From Clostridia bacterium (GTDB taxonomy: Bacteria; Bacillota; Clostridia; Christensenellales; UBA1242), in the NCBI GenBank assembly GCA_045651685.1, contig JAZRSV010000005.1:13592-77591 (forward strand): DNA of 64,000 nucleotides, read 5' to 3'. The notes beneath the pieces are model-generated. The model saw nothing but the letters and a program-made list of their open reading frames with translations. It had not been told where the DNA came from and ran no database searches. Of this stretch, positions 18,090 through 29,217 are shown piece after piece (within the stretch, counting starts at the first letter, position 1; each line of letters opens with the position of its first letter). The translations under genes were made by a program, and so were the position numbers.

Positions 18090-19346
18090 TTATTTTACAA
18101 AAAACTCTACTACCTTATCTACGGCAACTTTTTCTTCTTGGCCGTTAGACATATCTTTGATAGTGACTATATTATTGTCAAGTTCTTCTTGTCCTAGACA
18201 AATAACATATTTTACATTAAGTTTGTTTGCATACTTAAACTGTGCCTTAAAGCTTCTTTCTAACAAATCAACTTCGCAGCTAATACCATTTTGTCTCAAC
18301 ACATTAGCGATCTCGACATCTAGGTTGGTATCAATATTTGGTTGTTTTGCCACATAAACTTGGGCTAATTCGTTATTTTCTACTTCGCTTGCAAGTTGTT
18401 CTTTGATCATCAAAAGTCTTTCTATACCCATACCAAAACCAACTGCTGGTGTGTGTGGACCACCTAATTGTTCTACTAGGCCATCGTATCTGCCACCACC
18501 ACCAACTACACCGGTTGCTCCTAGGCCATTGATGTTGGCATAAAACTCAAATACAGTGCGAGTATAATAATCCAAACCTCTAACAACATTGTAGTCGATA
18601 ACATAATTAATTTTTTGAGCGTCCAAAAGTTTTATAATTGCAGCAAAATGATCTTTGCAATCTTGACACAAAAAGTCTTGTATCATAGGTCTACCTTGCA
18701 ACAATTTTTGGCAATTGTCTACTTTACAATCAAGTATACGCAATGGGTTTGTCTCATATCTGCGCTTGCAATCGCCACACATATTGTCTAATCTCGAAGC
18801 GATAAAATCTCTCAAGGCTTGGTTGTATTTTTTTCTACATTCTGGGCAACCGATACTATTAATATGTACAGTCACATCGCCAAGACCAATTCTTTTTAAG
18901 AAAACAGATGCTAATTTGATAACTTCTGCTTCCATCTTTGGGCTATCGCTACCATAATATTCAATACCAAATTGGTGATGTTGTCTTAGTCTGCCTGCTT
19001 GTGGATTTTCGTATCTAAAGATTGGACTAATATAGTACATTTTTGTAGGTTGAGGGTTGTTAAAAAGACCATTTTCGATATAGCTACGAGCTACGCCAGC
19101 AGTACCTTCTGGTTTAAGGGTTATACTTCTTTCGCCCTTATCCAAAAAGGTGTACATTTCTTTGTTTACAATGTCAGTTGTATCGCCTACACCACGCAAA
19201 AATAGTTCTGTATGTTCAAATACAGGAGTCCTAATTTCTTTTACATTAAATAGCTTTGCAACTTCTCTTGCAGTGCCTTCTACAAAGTGCCACTTGTAAG
19301 CATTTTGAGGCAACATATCTTTTGTACCCTTTGGTATTTCTATCAT
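18090..19346 (-). CDS. hisS: Histidine--tRNA ligase
   Basis: PKGTKD, LKPEGTA, FRYENPQAGR, VRGLDYY, GGGRYDGL. Confidence 0.97.
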   Translation of the reverse strand: MIEIPKGTKDMLPQNAYKWHFVEGTAREVAKLFNVKEIRTPVFEHTELFLRGVGDTTDIVNKEMYTFLDKGERSITLKPEGTAGVARSYIENGLFNNPQPTKMYYISPIFRYENPQAGRLRQHHQFGIEYYGSDSPKMEAEVIKLASVFLKRIGLGDVTVHINSIGCPECRKKYNQALRDFIASRLDNMCGDCKRRYETNPLRILDCKVDNCQKLLQGRPMIQDFLCQDCKDHFAAIIKLLDAQKINYVIDYNVVRGLDYYTRTVFEFYANINGLGATGVVGGGGRYDGLVEQLGGPHTPAVGFGMGIERLLMIKEQLASEVENNELAQVYVAKQPNIDTNLDVEIANVLRQNGISCEVDLLERSFKAQFKYANKLNVKYVICLGQEELDNNIVTIKDMSNGQEEKVAVDKVVEFFVK

Positions 19347-19365
19347 AAGATTCTCCTTTTGTTAA

Positions 19366-20679
19366 TTATAATACATATTTTCTCAAGTCATGAGCTTTTA
19401 CAACTGTGTTTAGAGCTTTGTTAACATATTCTTTGTCAACAACAACATCTAGCATTGGATGTTCGCCATTGGCGTTAAAGCTAATATCTTCTAGCAACAA
19501 CTCCATAATTGTATGCAAGCGTCTTGCACCCAAGTTTTCGCTAATCTCATTTTCTTGCTCTGCATATTGAGCAATCGCCTCAATAGCATCTGGCTTAAAG
19601 ATAAGATTGATGTTGTCTACTTTTAACAATTCTTGATATTGCAATGTAACAGCATTTTTTGGTTCTGTTAATATTTTTACAAATTCTTTTGCAGTTAGGT
19701 TGTCAAGTTCTACCCTAATAGGAAAACGACCTTGCAACTCTGGTATCAAATCTTCTACTTTGCTTATATGGAAAGCACCAGCAGCTATAAACAAAATATA
19801 ATCAGTTCTAATTAAACCATACTTGGTTGTAATAGTGCTACCTTCTACAATAGGCAAAATGTCTCTTTGTACACCTTCTCTACTTACTTCTGGGCCGTTG
19901 CCAGAACTCTTGCCTGCTATTTTGTCTATCTCATCAATAAAGATAATACCTTCATTTTCGGCACGGCGTATAGCTTCGCTATTAACAGTATCAAGATCGA
20001 TAAGTTTATCACTTTCTTCTTGCATCATAATCTCTCTAGCTTGTTTTACTGTCAATTTGCGTTTTTTGCGTTTTTGAGGAAACATGTCTCCAAAAATACT
20101 ACCGATATTAATTTCTGCACCACTACCTGGCACCATTTCGATAGCTTTTGGCATGTCTTTTACATCTATTTCGATAAGTTCGTTGTCATAATCACCGCGT
20201 TCTAAACGCTCTTTTATAACTTTTTTGTGTGATTCTTCGTCAATTGTCACATCTTGAGATGCTTTTTTGATTGGATAAACAACATCAAACAATCTCTTAT
20301 CAACAACTGGTTTTGCCTTTTCGGCTACTTCTTGTATTTTTTCTTCTTTTACTAATCTTACAGAAACTTCTACCAAGTCTCTTATCATGCTCTCAACATC
20401 ACGACCAACATAACCAACTTCTGTATATTTGGTTGCTTCGACCTTAACAAAAGGTGCTTTTACCAATCTTGCAAGTCTTCTTGCAATTTCGGTTTTACCT
20501 ACACCAGTAGGACCTTTTAAGATGATATTTTTTGGTGTGATTTCGTCTTGCATATTTTTTGGAAGTTGACTGCGGCGATATCTATTGCGCAATGCTATTG
20601 ATACAGCCTTTTTTGCTTTGTCTTGACCAATAATGTACTTATCTAGCTCTGTAACGATTTGTTTTGGTGACAAATTCAT
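19366..20679 (-). CDS. hslU: HslU (ClpY) ATPase
   Basis: GPTGVGKTEIARRLA, GYVGRDVES, FIDEIDK, ELQGRFPIRVEL. Confidence 0.97.
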   Translation of the reverse strand: MNLSPKQIVTELDKYIIGQDKAKKAVSIALRNRYRRSQLPKNMQDEITPKNIILKGPTGVGKTEIARRLARLVKAPFVKVEATKYTEVGYVGRDVESMIRDLVEVSVRLVKEEKIQEVAEKAKPVVDKRLFDVVYPIKKASQDVTIDEESHKKVIKERLERGDYDNELIEIDVKDMPKAIEMVPGSGAEINIGSIFGDMFPQKRKKRKLTVKQAREIMMQEESDKLIDLDTVNSEAIRRAENEGIIFIDEIDKIAGKSSGNGPEVSREGVQRDILPIVEGSTITTKYGLIRTDYILFIAAGAFHISKVEDLIPELQGRFPIRVELDNLTAKEFVKILTEPKNAVTLQYQELLKVDNINLIFKPDAIEAIAQYAEQENEISENLGARRLHTIMELLLEDISFNANGEHPMLDVVVDKEYVNKALNTVVKAHDLRKYVL

Positions 20680-20681
20680 AA

Positions 20682-21218
20682 TTAAACCTCCTCAACAGTA
20701 ATATGATTGTTGGTAAATACACATATACCAGACGCAACAGTTATTGCTTTTGTAGCAATCTCTTTTGCAGTTAGCTCGGTATTTTCTACCAAAGCAGTTG
20801 CAGCTGCTAATGCATAATTACCACCAGAACCAATGGCACATATACCGTTTTCTGGTTCGATAACTTCACCAGTACCAGAAAGAACCAAAAGTTTTTCGCT
20901 ATCGGCAACGATAAGCATTGCTTCTAGTTGTCTCAATGCTTTGTCTAGTCTCCACAAAGATGCTAGCTCTACTGCACTGCGCATAAGGTTGCCAGAATAT
21001 TTATTAAGCATTTCTTCAAAACGATTGCACAAGCTAAACGCATCTGCAACAGAACCTGCAAAACCAGCAACAACCTTGTTGTTATACAATCTTCTTACTT
21101 TAACAGCATTGTTCTTAAAAACAACACTTTGTCCCAATGTCACTTGGCCATCGCCTGCAATAGCTGTTTTGCCATCACGCTTAACTGCAACGATAGTTGT
21201 ACCCTTAAATTCGTTCAT
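20682..21218 (-). CDS. hslV: HslV (ClpQ) threonine protease
   Basis: [27 protein letters not shown]. Confidence 0.97.
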   Translation of the reverse strand: MNEFKGTTIVAVKRDGKTAIAGDGQVTLGQSVVFKNNAVKVRRLYNNKVVAGFAGSVADAFSLCNRFEEMLNKYSGNLMRSAVELASLWRLDKALRQLEAMLIVADSEKLLVLSGTGEVIEPENGICAIGSGGNYALAAATALVENTELTAKEIATKAITVASGICVFTNNHITVEEV

Positions 21219-21219
21219 A

Positions 21220-22536
21220 TTATTCTCCTAATTCATTTTTGATTACTTGTGACAACTCTTGCATTGATCTTTCAAAGATCATTTGCTTTTTTTGTTTGTC
21301 GTCTTTTATTTTTATATCTAATGCATTTATAATGCCATAATTACTATTCATTGGCTGAAAGTTTACTGGACTTGCATTTGTAATATAATTAATTATAGCA
21401 CCAATCATAGTGTTTGGCGATAAATTTATACAATTTTTTTTGTTTAGTTTTTGATACACATTTAGCGCTGCTATAAGGCCACTTGCAGTGCTCTCCATAT
21501 ATCCTTCTACACCACTTAACTGTCCTGCGATATAGATGTTAGGATGTTCTTTTAGAGCAAATGTATTGCTCAACAATTTTGGTGCATTAATATATGAGTT
21601 GCGATGCATAACACCATATCTAACAAAGTTAGCTTTGTGCAAGGCTGGTATCATACTAAATACTCTTTTTTGTTCTGGATAAGTAAGGTTTGTTTGAAAA
21701 CCTACCAAGTTGTACAAAGTACCTACTGCATCTTCTTTGCGAAGTTGTACAACAGCATATGGTTTTGTGCCTGTGTGAGGATTAACCAAACCAACAGGTT
21801 TTAGAGGGCCAAATCTTAAAGTATCTTTACCTCTCTTTGCCATAACCTCAACCGGCATACAACCTTCAAAAACTTTTTTGTTTTCAAAATCTTTTAGTTC
21901 TACGCTTTGAGCAGTGATAAGTTGATTGTAAAAATCAAAATATTCTTGCTCGTTCATAGGACAATTAATATAGTCACCATCACCTTTGTCATATCTATCA
22001 GCTACAAAGCTGTAGTTTTTGTCAATACTATCAAAAGTGACAATCGGACTAGATGCATCAAAAAAATACATATAGTCTTGTCCCAAAAGCTCATGCAAAC
22101 TCTCAATCAAGCCTTGGCTTGTAAGAGGTCCAGTAGCAATAATAACTGGCACATCTTTTGGTATATCTACTACTTCTTGATTAATGATATTAACATTTTC
22201 AAAACTTCTAATTTTGTCAGTTATTGCTTGAGCAAATTTTTCTCTATCAACTGCCAAAGCACCACCTGCTGGCACCCTACAGTCATAAGCAGTTTTTACT
22301 ATAAGACTGTCCAACGCCAAAAGTTCTTGCTTTAATAAACCAGATGATGTTGTCACCTGATCGCTCTTTAGAGAATTGCTACAAACAAGTTCTGCCAAAT
22401 TAGCATTGTGATGGGCTGGCGAAAACTTAACAGGCTTCATCTCATAAAGGTCTACGCTTATGCCTCTTTTTGCTAGTTGATAACAAGCTTCGCTACCAGC
22501 TAATCCGCCGCCTATGACTATTACTTTATTTATCAT
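21220..22536 (-). CDS. trmFO: Folate-dependent tRNA (m5U54) methyltransferase
   Basis: [34 protein letters not shown]. Confidence 0.96.
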   Translation of the reverse strand: MINKVIVIGGGLAGSEACYQLAKRGISVDLYEMKPVKFSPAHHNANLAELVCSNSLKSDQVTTSSGLLKQELLALDSLIVKTAYDCRVPAGGALAVDREKFAQAITDKIRSFENVNIINQEVVDIPKDVPVIIATGPLTSQGLIESLHELLGQDYMYFFDASSPIVTFDSIDKNYSFVADRYDKGDGDYINCPMNEQEYFDFYNQLITAQSVELKDFENKKVFEGCMPVEVMAKRGKDTLRFGPLKPVGLVNPHTGTKPYAVVQLRKEDAVGTLYNLVGFQTNLTYPEQKRVFSMIPALHKANFVRYGVMHRNSYINAPKLLSNTFALKEHPNIYIAGQLSGVEGYMESTASGLIAALNVYQKLNKKNCINLSPNTMIGAIINYITNASPVNFQPMNSNYGIINALDIKIKDDKQKKQMIFERSMQELSQVIKNELGE

Positions 22537-24805
22537 TTTTTGTCTCACTTGTTTCGTAATTGCATTGTTGGTTAGAACATTTATAACGAGTTTCTTTTTT
22601 TAATTCTTTCTTTGTAAGATAACTGCCACAGGTTGGACACTTTTTGTCGGTTGGTATATCCCAACTCTTAAAGTCACATCCTGGAAAACCACTACATCCG
22701 TAGAAAATTTTGCCAGTCTTTGACTTACGCTCAAAAACATCTTTGCCACATACTGGACAAACACCCACAGGATCTTTTTTGATAACATCATCAATGCTTT
22801 TTATGTTTTTACATTTTGGATAATTAGCACAAGCTAAAAACTTACCGTATCTACCTTGTTTTACAACCATGTCTCCGCCACATTTGTCACACTTAATGTT
22901 TAGATCTTCTAGTTGCTTATCAACTTCTTGTTCTGCCTTTGTGACAGGTTTGTCATTAAGTTGTTTTATGTTGCGGCATTTTGGAAAGTTAGGACAAGCC
23001 AAAAATTTGCCATATCTACTCTCTCTAACTACCATGTTAGCTCCGCACTTATCGCATTTTACATCGCTAACTTCTACTTGCATTTTTATTCTTTGACTAC
23101 CAGTCATAGCAAAATGCACTTTATCTTCAAAACCATCATAAAAGTTTGCTACAATGTTTTGCCATTGTTGTGAGCCTTCTTCTACAAGGTCGAGTTTGTC
23201 TTCCATCTCTGCAGTAAATGATATATTCATTATATCCGCAAAGAACTTTTCTAAAAATTCTGTAACAGTTATACCAAGCTCTGTAGGTATTAGATACTTA
23301 CCATCTTTTTCGGTATATTTACGAGTAGCAAGTACAAGTATAGTTGGCGCGTATGTCGCCGGTCTACCTATACCTTTGTCTTCCATTGCCTTAACCAATG
23401 TAGCATCTGTATATCTAACTGGTGGCTTTGTAAATTTTTGTTCGGTCAAAACATCTTTTAACAAAAGTAAGTCACCTTCTTGCAAGTCTGGCAAATTGTT
23501 AGAAGGAGTTTCTTTTTCTTTGTCTTGGTCAACTTCTTCGTATACTTTGTATGCGATCGTAAAACCAGCAAATAAAGGAGTTTTGCCTGTAAGCTTAAAG
23601 CCATAATCGCCAGCGCTTATTGTCACAGTCAAAGTATTATAAGTTGCTTCACTCATTTGACTTGCCAAAAATCTGTCATAAATAAGTTTATACAACTTGT
23701 ATATATTAGAGCTTGCACCCAAAGAAGCTTTGATATCTTCTGGTGTACGCTCTAGAGATATTGGTCTAATTGCCTCGTGGGCATCTTGTACATTCTTTTT
23801 ACTTTTGAAAGTATTATATTTTTCTGGCACATATTCGTTGCCATATTTATTTATAATAAACTCTTTTGCCATTGCTTGAGCTTCTGGACTAACACGAGTA
23901 GAGTCTGTACGGATATATGTGATAAGAGCTACTTTGCCTTCACCTTTTAGGGCAACACCTTCGTACAATGATTGTGCACTAGAAGTGACTTCTTTTAGTG
24001 ACATGTTAAGTTTATTCATTGCATCTTGTTGCATTGTACTTGTGATAAAAGGTGCTGGTGCTGCAGACTTGCTAATAGTTCTCTTTACGCCATCTACAAC
24101 AAAGTCTTGAGCTTTGATATAACCTACGATATCTTTTGTCACATTCTCATTAGGGCTAGTATACTTTTTGCCTTTATAGGTAGCAAGCGCCGCCTTAAAA
24201 GGATTAGAATTGCCTTTTGTTAAAAGCGCATTGATATTCCAATACTCTTCTGGCTTAAACTCGCGAATTTCTTTTTCTCTATCTACTACCAACTTTAGGG
24301 CAACAGATTGTACACGACCTGCAGACAAATTGCTCTTTATCTTATTGCATATAACAGGAGAGACTTTATAACCAACTATTCTATCAAGAACTCTTCTACC
24401 TTGTTGAGCGTGTACAAGATTCATATTAATAAGTCTTGGCTTACTAATAGCTTTTTGCACTACTTGCTTTGAAATTTCGTTAAATTCTACCCTGCAAGGT
24501 ACATCTTCTTTTATACCAAGTACTCTCTCTACATGCCATGCGATAGCTTCACCCTCTCTATCAGGGTCGGTTGCGATAAAGACATTGCCATATTGTTTGT
24601 ATTTGCGGCGCAAATCTTCTATTATGTCTTTTTTGTCTGGCATTATCTCGTAGCGAGGTTCAAAATTATTATTAATATCAATAGCCAAAGATTTTGCAGG
24701 TAGGTCTACAATATGACCTTTTGTTGCAACAACTTCATAATCTTTGCCCAAATATTTTTGTAAGGCGTCTTTTTTACCAGGTCCTTCGATGACAACTAAA
24801 TTCAT
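22526..24805 (-). CDS. topA: DNA topoisomerase I with four C-terminal Zn ribbons
   Basis: ATDPDREGEAIAWH, SAGRVQS, LITYIRTDS, GIGRPATYA; four CxxC...C..C repeats. Confidence 0.97.
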   Translation of the reverse strand: MNLVVIEGPGKKDALQKYLGKDYEVVATKGHIVDLPAKSLAIDINNNFEPRYEIMPDKKDIIEDLRRKYKQYGNVFIATDPDREGEAIAWHVERVLGIKEDVPCRVEFNEISKQVVQKAISKPRLINMNLVHAQQGRRVLDRIVGYKVSPVICNKIKSNLSAGRVQSVALKLVVDREKEIREFKPEEYWNINALLTKGNSNPFKAALATYKGKKYTSPNENVTKDIVGYIKAQDFVVDGVKRTISKSAAPAPFITSTMQQDAMNKLNMSLKEVTSSAQSLYEGVALKGEGKVALITYIRTDSTRVSPEAQAMAKEFIINKYGNEYVPEKYNTFKSKKNVQDAHEAIRPISLERTPEDIKASLGASSNIYKLYKLIYDRFLASQMSEATYNTLTVTISAGDYGFKLTGKTPLFAGFTIAYKVYEEVDQDKEKETPSNNLPDLQEGDLLLLKDVLTEQKFTKPPVRYTDATLVKAMEDKGIGRPATYAPTILVLATRKYTEKDGKYLIPTELGITVTEFLEKFFADIMNISFTAEMEDKLDLVEEGSQQWQNIVANFYDGFEDKVHFAMTGSQRIKMQVEVSDVKCDKCGANMVVRESRYGKFLACPNFPKCRNIKQLNDKPVTKAEQEVDKQLEDLNIKCDKCGGDMVVKQGRYGKFLACANYPKCKNIKSIDDVIKKDPVGVCPVCGKDVFERKSKTGKIFYGCSGFPGCDFKSWDIPTDKKCPTCGSYLTKKELKKETRYKCSNQQCNYETSETKNDK

Positions 24806-24819
24806 CTAAATCTCCTTTT

Positions 24820-25902
24820 TTATTTCGAGTAAATATTACCCGCAAGTTTTTTGATTATCCCACGAATTGACATTGTTGTCAACAAAGTGGTAAGCGTTTT
24901 TACATCTAATTTTGTCTTAATTAATATTTCTGCAAAAGCAAGTTCTTCATCTCCCAAAACATCCAAAATCATCTGTTCTTGGCTAGATAATTCAAACATT
25001 GTTTGCTGGCGTGGTTGGTATTTGATATTGTATTCATCCAAAATATCTTCTACACACACCACTGCTTTTGCTTGCGAATTGCTAATAATTCTATTACAGC
25101 CAGCACTAACTCTGCTGGTTATGTTTCCTGGTACGGCATACACATCAATACCACAGTCTAAAGCATAGTTTTTTGTATACATAGAACCAGACTTTTCATC
25201 CGCTTCTGTTATAAGTACACCTTTGCTCAAAGCAGCAATAATGCGATTGCGTATAGGAAAATAATAAGGCTCTGCCTTTTCATTTGGCTTGCATTCTGTT
25301 ATTAGCAAACCGTTTTTTATAATATCTTGAGCAAGGTTATAGTTAGTTGGTGGATATATATAATCAAAACCACCAGCAAGTACAGCTATAGTCTTGCCAT
25401 TATTGTCTAAACATATTTGGTGTGCAACAGTATCTACACCACTAGACAAACCACTTACAATACAAAAGCCACCAATAGTAAGGCCTTTTGCAAACATCTC
25501 GGTGACCGTTCTACCATAGTTGGTTATACGACGAGTACCAACAATTGCAAAGTTATTGCTTTGAAGCAGTGTTATATCACCTTTATAAAACAAAACCAAA
25601 GGTGGATTGTCTACATTTTTAAGATTATCAGGATAAGCATTGCTCTCTATGGTCACTACTCCTGTTTGAGAGTTGTTCAAAGTGGCAACATAATTATCAA
25701 CAAAATTAATATTGTTATTATCTAGCATGCTTTGATATGTTGCAAAGTCTAATACTTCTAATATTTTTATTTTGTCTTTGGCAAAGTTATCAAACAACTC
25801 ACTCGCGCTCGAATACATTTCTAACAACAATTTGCGTTTATGATAAGTCAAATTGTTGCTAGCAACAAGCCATACCAAAGCTTTTTCTTCTTTATTAAGC
25901 AC
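24820..25902 (-). CDS. dprA: DNA-processing protein DprA/Smf
   Basis: YPDNLK..DNPP, AIVGTR, IVSGL..GVD, FPIRNRIIAALS; C-terminal winged helix. Confidence 0.95.
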   Translation of the reverse strand: MLNKEEKALVWLVASNNLTYHKRKLLLEMYSSASELFDNFAKDKIKILEVLDFATYQSMLDNNNINFVDNYVATLNNSQTGVVTIESNAYPDNLKNVDNPPLVLFYKGDITLLQSNNFAIVGTRRITNYGRTVTEMFAKGLTIGGFCIVSGLSSGVDTVAHQICLDNNGKTIAVLAGGFDYIYPPTNYNLAQDIIKNGLLITECKPNEKAEPYYFPIRNRIIAALSKGVLITEADEKSGSMYTKNYALDCGIDVYAVPGNITSRVSAGCNRIISNSQAKAVVCVEDILDEYNIKYQPRQQTMFELSSQEQMILDVLGDEELAFAEILIKTKLDVKTLTTLLTTMSIRGIIKKLAGNIYSK

Positions 25903-25936
25903 TAATATCTCCCCTAATAATTTTTATTTTTGTGCA

Positions 25937-27469
25937 TTATATCCAATACTTGTTGTCAAGATTGCGATAGCTAATCGCCTCTATCAAGTGCTCCATACCA
26001 ATATCTTGGCTACCGTCTAGATCTGCTATAGTTCTTGCAACTTTTAGTATACGATCATGAGCTCTTGCACTTAACTTAAATTTATCAAATGCCTGCTCCA
26101 TTATCTTTTGTTGCTCTTTGGTTAGTTTGCAATATTTTTTTATCATAGATGTGTTCATCTTGCTATTGCTATGAACTTTTGTACTGGCAAATCTTTGATG
26201 TTGATATCGTCTAGCACTCTCTACTCTAGTTCGTATGCTTTGTGAACTTTCTTCGGCTACTTCGCTAGACAGCTCATCAAAAGTCAGACTATCAACTTCT
26301 ACATGAAGATCAATTCTGTCCATCAAAGGGCCACTCAATTTGTTTAGATACCTATGTATTTGCATAGGGGTACATTTACATTCATGCACTTTGCTACCAT
26401 AATTGCCACATGGACAAGGATTCATGCTAGCTATCATAGTAAACTGTGCAGGGTACTCAACAGTTTGAGCATTTCTTGCTACAGTTATAACACCATCTTC
26501 TAATGGTTGACGCAAAGTCTCAATAGTATATCTGGTATACTCTGGCAGCTCGTCCAAAAATAACACACCATTATGTGCAAGGCTTATCTCGCCTGGTTTT
26601 GCATTTTTGCCACCACCGGTTAAGGCAACAGTTGTTGCTGTATGATGAGGCGCTCTAAAAGGTCTACTTGTTATTATACCAACTTTATTGTCTAAAACCC
26701 CAGCAATGCTGTGGATTTTTGTCACTTCTAAAGCTTCTTCAAAAGTCATCGTTGGCAAAATAGAAGGGAAACATTTTGCAAGCAATGTTTTGCCACTACC
26801 TGGCGGACCTATCATCAAAACATTATGCCCACCTGCAGCAGCTATCTCCAAAGCTCTCTTTGCGCTAGCTTGACCCTTTACCATAGAAAAATCAAACGCA
26901 CATACATTGTCTTCTATAGCAGTTTCGTAAGTTTTATAATCAACAGGTTTAATACTACTAACGCCTTGTAATATATCAAAAACCTCTTGTAATGTCTTAA
27001 CGGCATAAATCTCTATACCTTGTATAAAACTCGCCTCTTGGGCATTGTCAAACGGTATAAATATCTTTTTTACATGCATATCTCTTGCAGATATAAGCAT
27101 CGGCAAAAGGCCATTTATCTTCCTTACACTACCATCTAAAGATAGCTCACCAACAAAATAACTATCAGCAACAGCATCTACACTTATTTGGTTAGTTGCA
27201 GATAACAAACCAACTGCAATTGGCAAATCATAAAAAGAACCTTCTTTTTTTATGTCGGCAGGAGCTAGGTTGATTGTTATTTTGTCTATAGGAAATTTTA
27301 GATTGCTATTTTTTATAGCAGATCTAACCCTTTGTTTTGACTCTTTGATAGAAGTATCAGCAAGACCTACAATGTCATAACTTGGCAAGCCTTTGTTGAT
27401 ATCAACTTCTACTTTTACCAAATAACCATCTAGCCCTACCAATCCAAAACTATTAACTATAGAAAGCAT
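25937..27469 (-). CDS. comM: ComM/YifB Mg-chelatase-like AAA+ helicase
   Basis: INLAPADIKKEG, GPPGSGKT, RPFRAPHH, LFLDELPE, NPCPCG. Confidence 0.95.
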   Translation of the reverse strand: MLSIVNSFGLVGLDGYLVKVEVDINKGLPSYDIVGLADTSIKESKQRVRSAIKNSNLKFPIDKITINLAPADIKKEGSFYDLPIAVGLLSATNQISVDAVADSYFVGELSLDGSVRKINGLLPMLISARDMHVKKIFIPFDNAQEASFIQGIEIYAVKTLQEVFDILQGVSSIKPVDYKTYETAIEDNVCAFDFSMVKGQASAKRALEIAAAGGHNVLMIGPPGSGKTLLAKCFPSILPTMTFEEALEVTKIHSIAGVLDNKVGIITSRPFRAPHHTATTVALTGGGKNAKPGEISLAHNGVLFLDELPEYTRYTIETLRQPLEDGVITVARNAQTVEYPAQFTMIASMNPCPCGNYGSKVHECKCTPMQIHRYLNKLSGPLMDRIDLHVEVDSLTFDELSSEVAEESSQSIRTRVESARRYQHQRFASTKVHSNSKMNTSMIKKYCKLTKEQQKIMEQAFDKFKLSARAHDRILKVARTIADLDGSQDIGMEHLIEAISYRNLDNKYWI

Positions 27470-27604
27470 ATGGCGTGTTTTCTCCTAATTAAAAACTAAT
27501 TTTATTGTAGACCAATTAAAAAAATAACACAACTAATATAACAAAATTAATCAAAAAATAATTACATATATAATATATGTAGTTTTTTACGCCAAAAAAG
27601 ACAT

Positions 27605-27634
27605 AAAAAAAGAAAGGTCAAATGTGACCTTTCT
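27605..27634 (-). terminator. Intrinsic terminator after rplS
   Basis: AGAAAGGTCA-catt-TGACCTTTCT followed by a T-run. Confidence 0.85.
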
Positions 27635-27638
27635 AATT

Positions 27639-27980
27639 TTATCTTCTTTCTTTGATCTTTGCTGCGTTGCCTGTTCTATCTTTTAGATAGTACAATTTAG
27701 CTCTTCTAACTTTACCTTTCTTAATAACCTCAATCTTGTCAATTTTTGGGCTATGTAGAGGGAAAGTTCTTTCAACGCCAACGCCAAATGAAATTCTTCT
27801 AACTGTGAAAGATTCTCTTACGCTGCCGTTCTTTCTTGCGATAACAACGCCTTCGTACGCTTGAATTCTTTCTTTGTTACCTTCGATGATCTTAACATAT
27901 ACTTTAACAGTATCGCCAACTTCAAATTCAGTAACATTCTCTTTAAGATTTTCTTTCTCAATGATGTCGATAAGATTCAT
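27639..27980 (-). CDS. rplS: 50S ribosomal protein L19
   Basis: [39 protein letters not shown]. Confidence 0.98.
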   Translation of the reverse strand: MNLIDIIEKENLKENVTEFEVGDTVKVYVKIIEGNKERIQAYEGVVIARKNGSVRESFTVRRISFGVGVERTFPLHSPKIDKIEVIKKGKVRRAKLYYLKDRTGNAAKIKERR

Positions 27981-27999
27981 GACTTATACCTCCCTATTA

Positions 28000-28063
28000 A
28001 ACTAAATGTTCATGCCCAGCGAGTTAAAAAACTGCATAAATTGGCAGAGGACCATCCGAAGTC
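28000..28063 (-). ncRNA. L19 leader (rplS autoregulatory RNA), putative
   Basis: GGATGGTCCTCTG ... GCATGAACATTT ends resemble the Firmicutes L19 leader; preceded by TTGATT-17-TATAAT (28071-28099). Confidence 0.65.
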
Positions 28064-28288
28064 GTAAACGATTATACTATAGTCAAAACAAAAAATCAAG
28101 CACTTTTTGAAAAAAATAAAAATATTTTTATTTATATTATATATTATCATTTTTTGCACATTTTATGTCTAAACATGACAAATAATAAGTGCATTTGCAC
28201 ACATTACACCACCTATTTAATTGACAACTTTTTATACAAAAGTATAATAAGTATGAAAAGTATAACTTATACATAAAAGGAGAACCCA

Positions 28289-28483
28289 ATGGACAAAAAC
28301 AAACTTGTAGGTATATGCAAAGTTGGTGAAAAAGGACAAATCGTTATCCCAAAAGAAATGAGAGATATGTTTGACATAAAACCAGGCGACTCTGTCATCG
28401 CCCTATGCGACAAAGAAAAAGGCATTGCCCTACTAAAAGCAGATGTTATCGAAAATTTGACCGACAAGTTGTTAGGCCAATAA
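28289..28483 (+). CDS. AbrB/MazE/SpoVT-family DNA-binding regulator
   Basis: KVGEKGQIVIPKEMR..FDIKPGD swapped-hairpin motif. Confidence 0.9.
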   Translation: MDKNKLVGICKVGEKGQIVIPKEMRDMFDIKPGDSVIALCDKEKGIALLKADVIENLTDKLLGQ

Positions 28484-28497
28484 GGAGATATAGTTGT

Positions 28498-29217
28498 ATG
28501 AACATTATAACCATAAAAGATGTGTGTAAAAATTACAAAACAACAAAGGCATTAGACAACATCTCTTTAAGCATAAAACAAGGTGAATTGTTTGGCCTAC
28601 TTGGCATAAACGGGGCCGGCAAAACAACTCTTATAAAAATTCTTTGTGGCCTAACAAAAAAGACCAGCGGCTCTATAACCATTAACGGCCTTGACCTTGA
28701 CAAAGATATTAACAAAATTAAAGAAATTATAGACATCTCCCCTCAAGAAACATCAGTTGCAAACAACCTTACTGTAAAAGAAAATTTAGAGTTTTTTGCT
28801 AATATTTATAATAACAACAATACCAACACAATAACCGAAATTGTTGATATTTTTAACCTTAATGATGTGTTAGATCAAAAAGCAAAAACTTTGTCTGGCG
28901 GATACAAAAGAAGACTATCTATAGCAATAGCGCTTATCTCTAACCCAAAAATTTTGTTTCTTGATGAACCAACACTAGGTTTGGATGTTTTTGCTAGAAG
29001 AGAACTTTGGGCTATTATAAAAAAATTGCACAAAAAGATTACTATTATTTTGACATCACATTATCTAGAAGAAATTGAAAGTTTGTGTGACAGAGTTGCT
29101 ATATTGTCACACGGCAAATTGTTGCATACAGGCAACATTAAAGAAACCTTGCAAAAAACAAATACAAAAACTTTTGAAGATGCCTTTATAAAGTTAGTGG
29201 AGGCAAAACATGAATAA
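28498..29217 (+). CDS. ABC-2 exporter ATP-binding protein
   Basis: GINGAGKTT, LSGGYKRR, FLDEPT, SH; ATG at 28498 with AAGGAG RBS. Confidence 0.92.
   Translation: MNIITIKDVCKNYKTTKALDNISLSIKQGELFGLLGINGAGKTTLIKILCGLTKKTSGSITINGLDLDKDINKIKEIIDISPQETSVANNLTVKENLEFFANIYNNNNTNTITEIVDIFNLNDVLDQKAKTLSGGYKRRLSIAIALISNPKILFLDEPTLGLDVFARRELWAIIKKLHKKITIILTSHYLEEIESLCDRVAILSHGKLLHTGNIKETLQKTNTKTFEDAFIKLVEAKHE

Noticed and set aside
24994-25008. QQTMF clamp-binding-like peptide in the DprA linker
   Set aside because: Weak match, and similar peptides are common before the DprA C-terminal domain. Not supportable alone.
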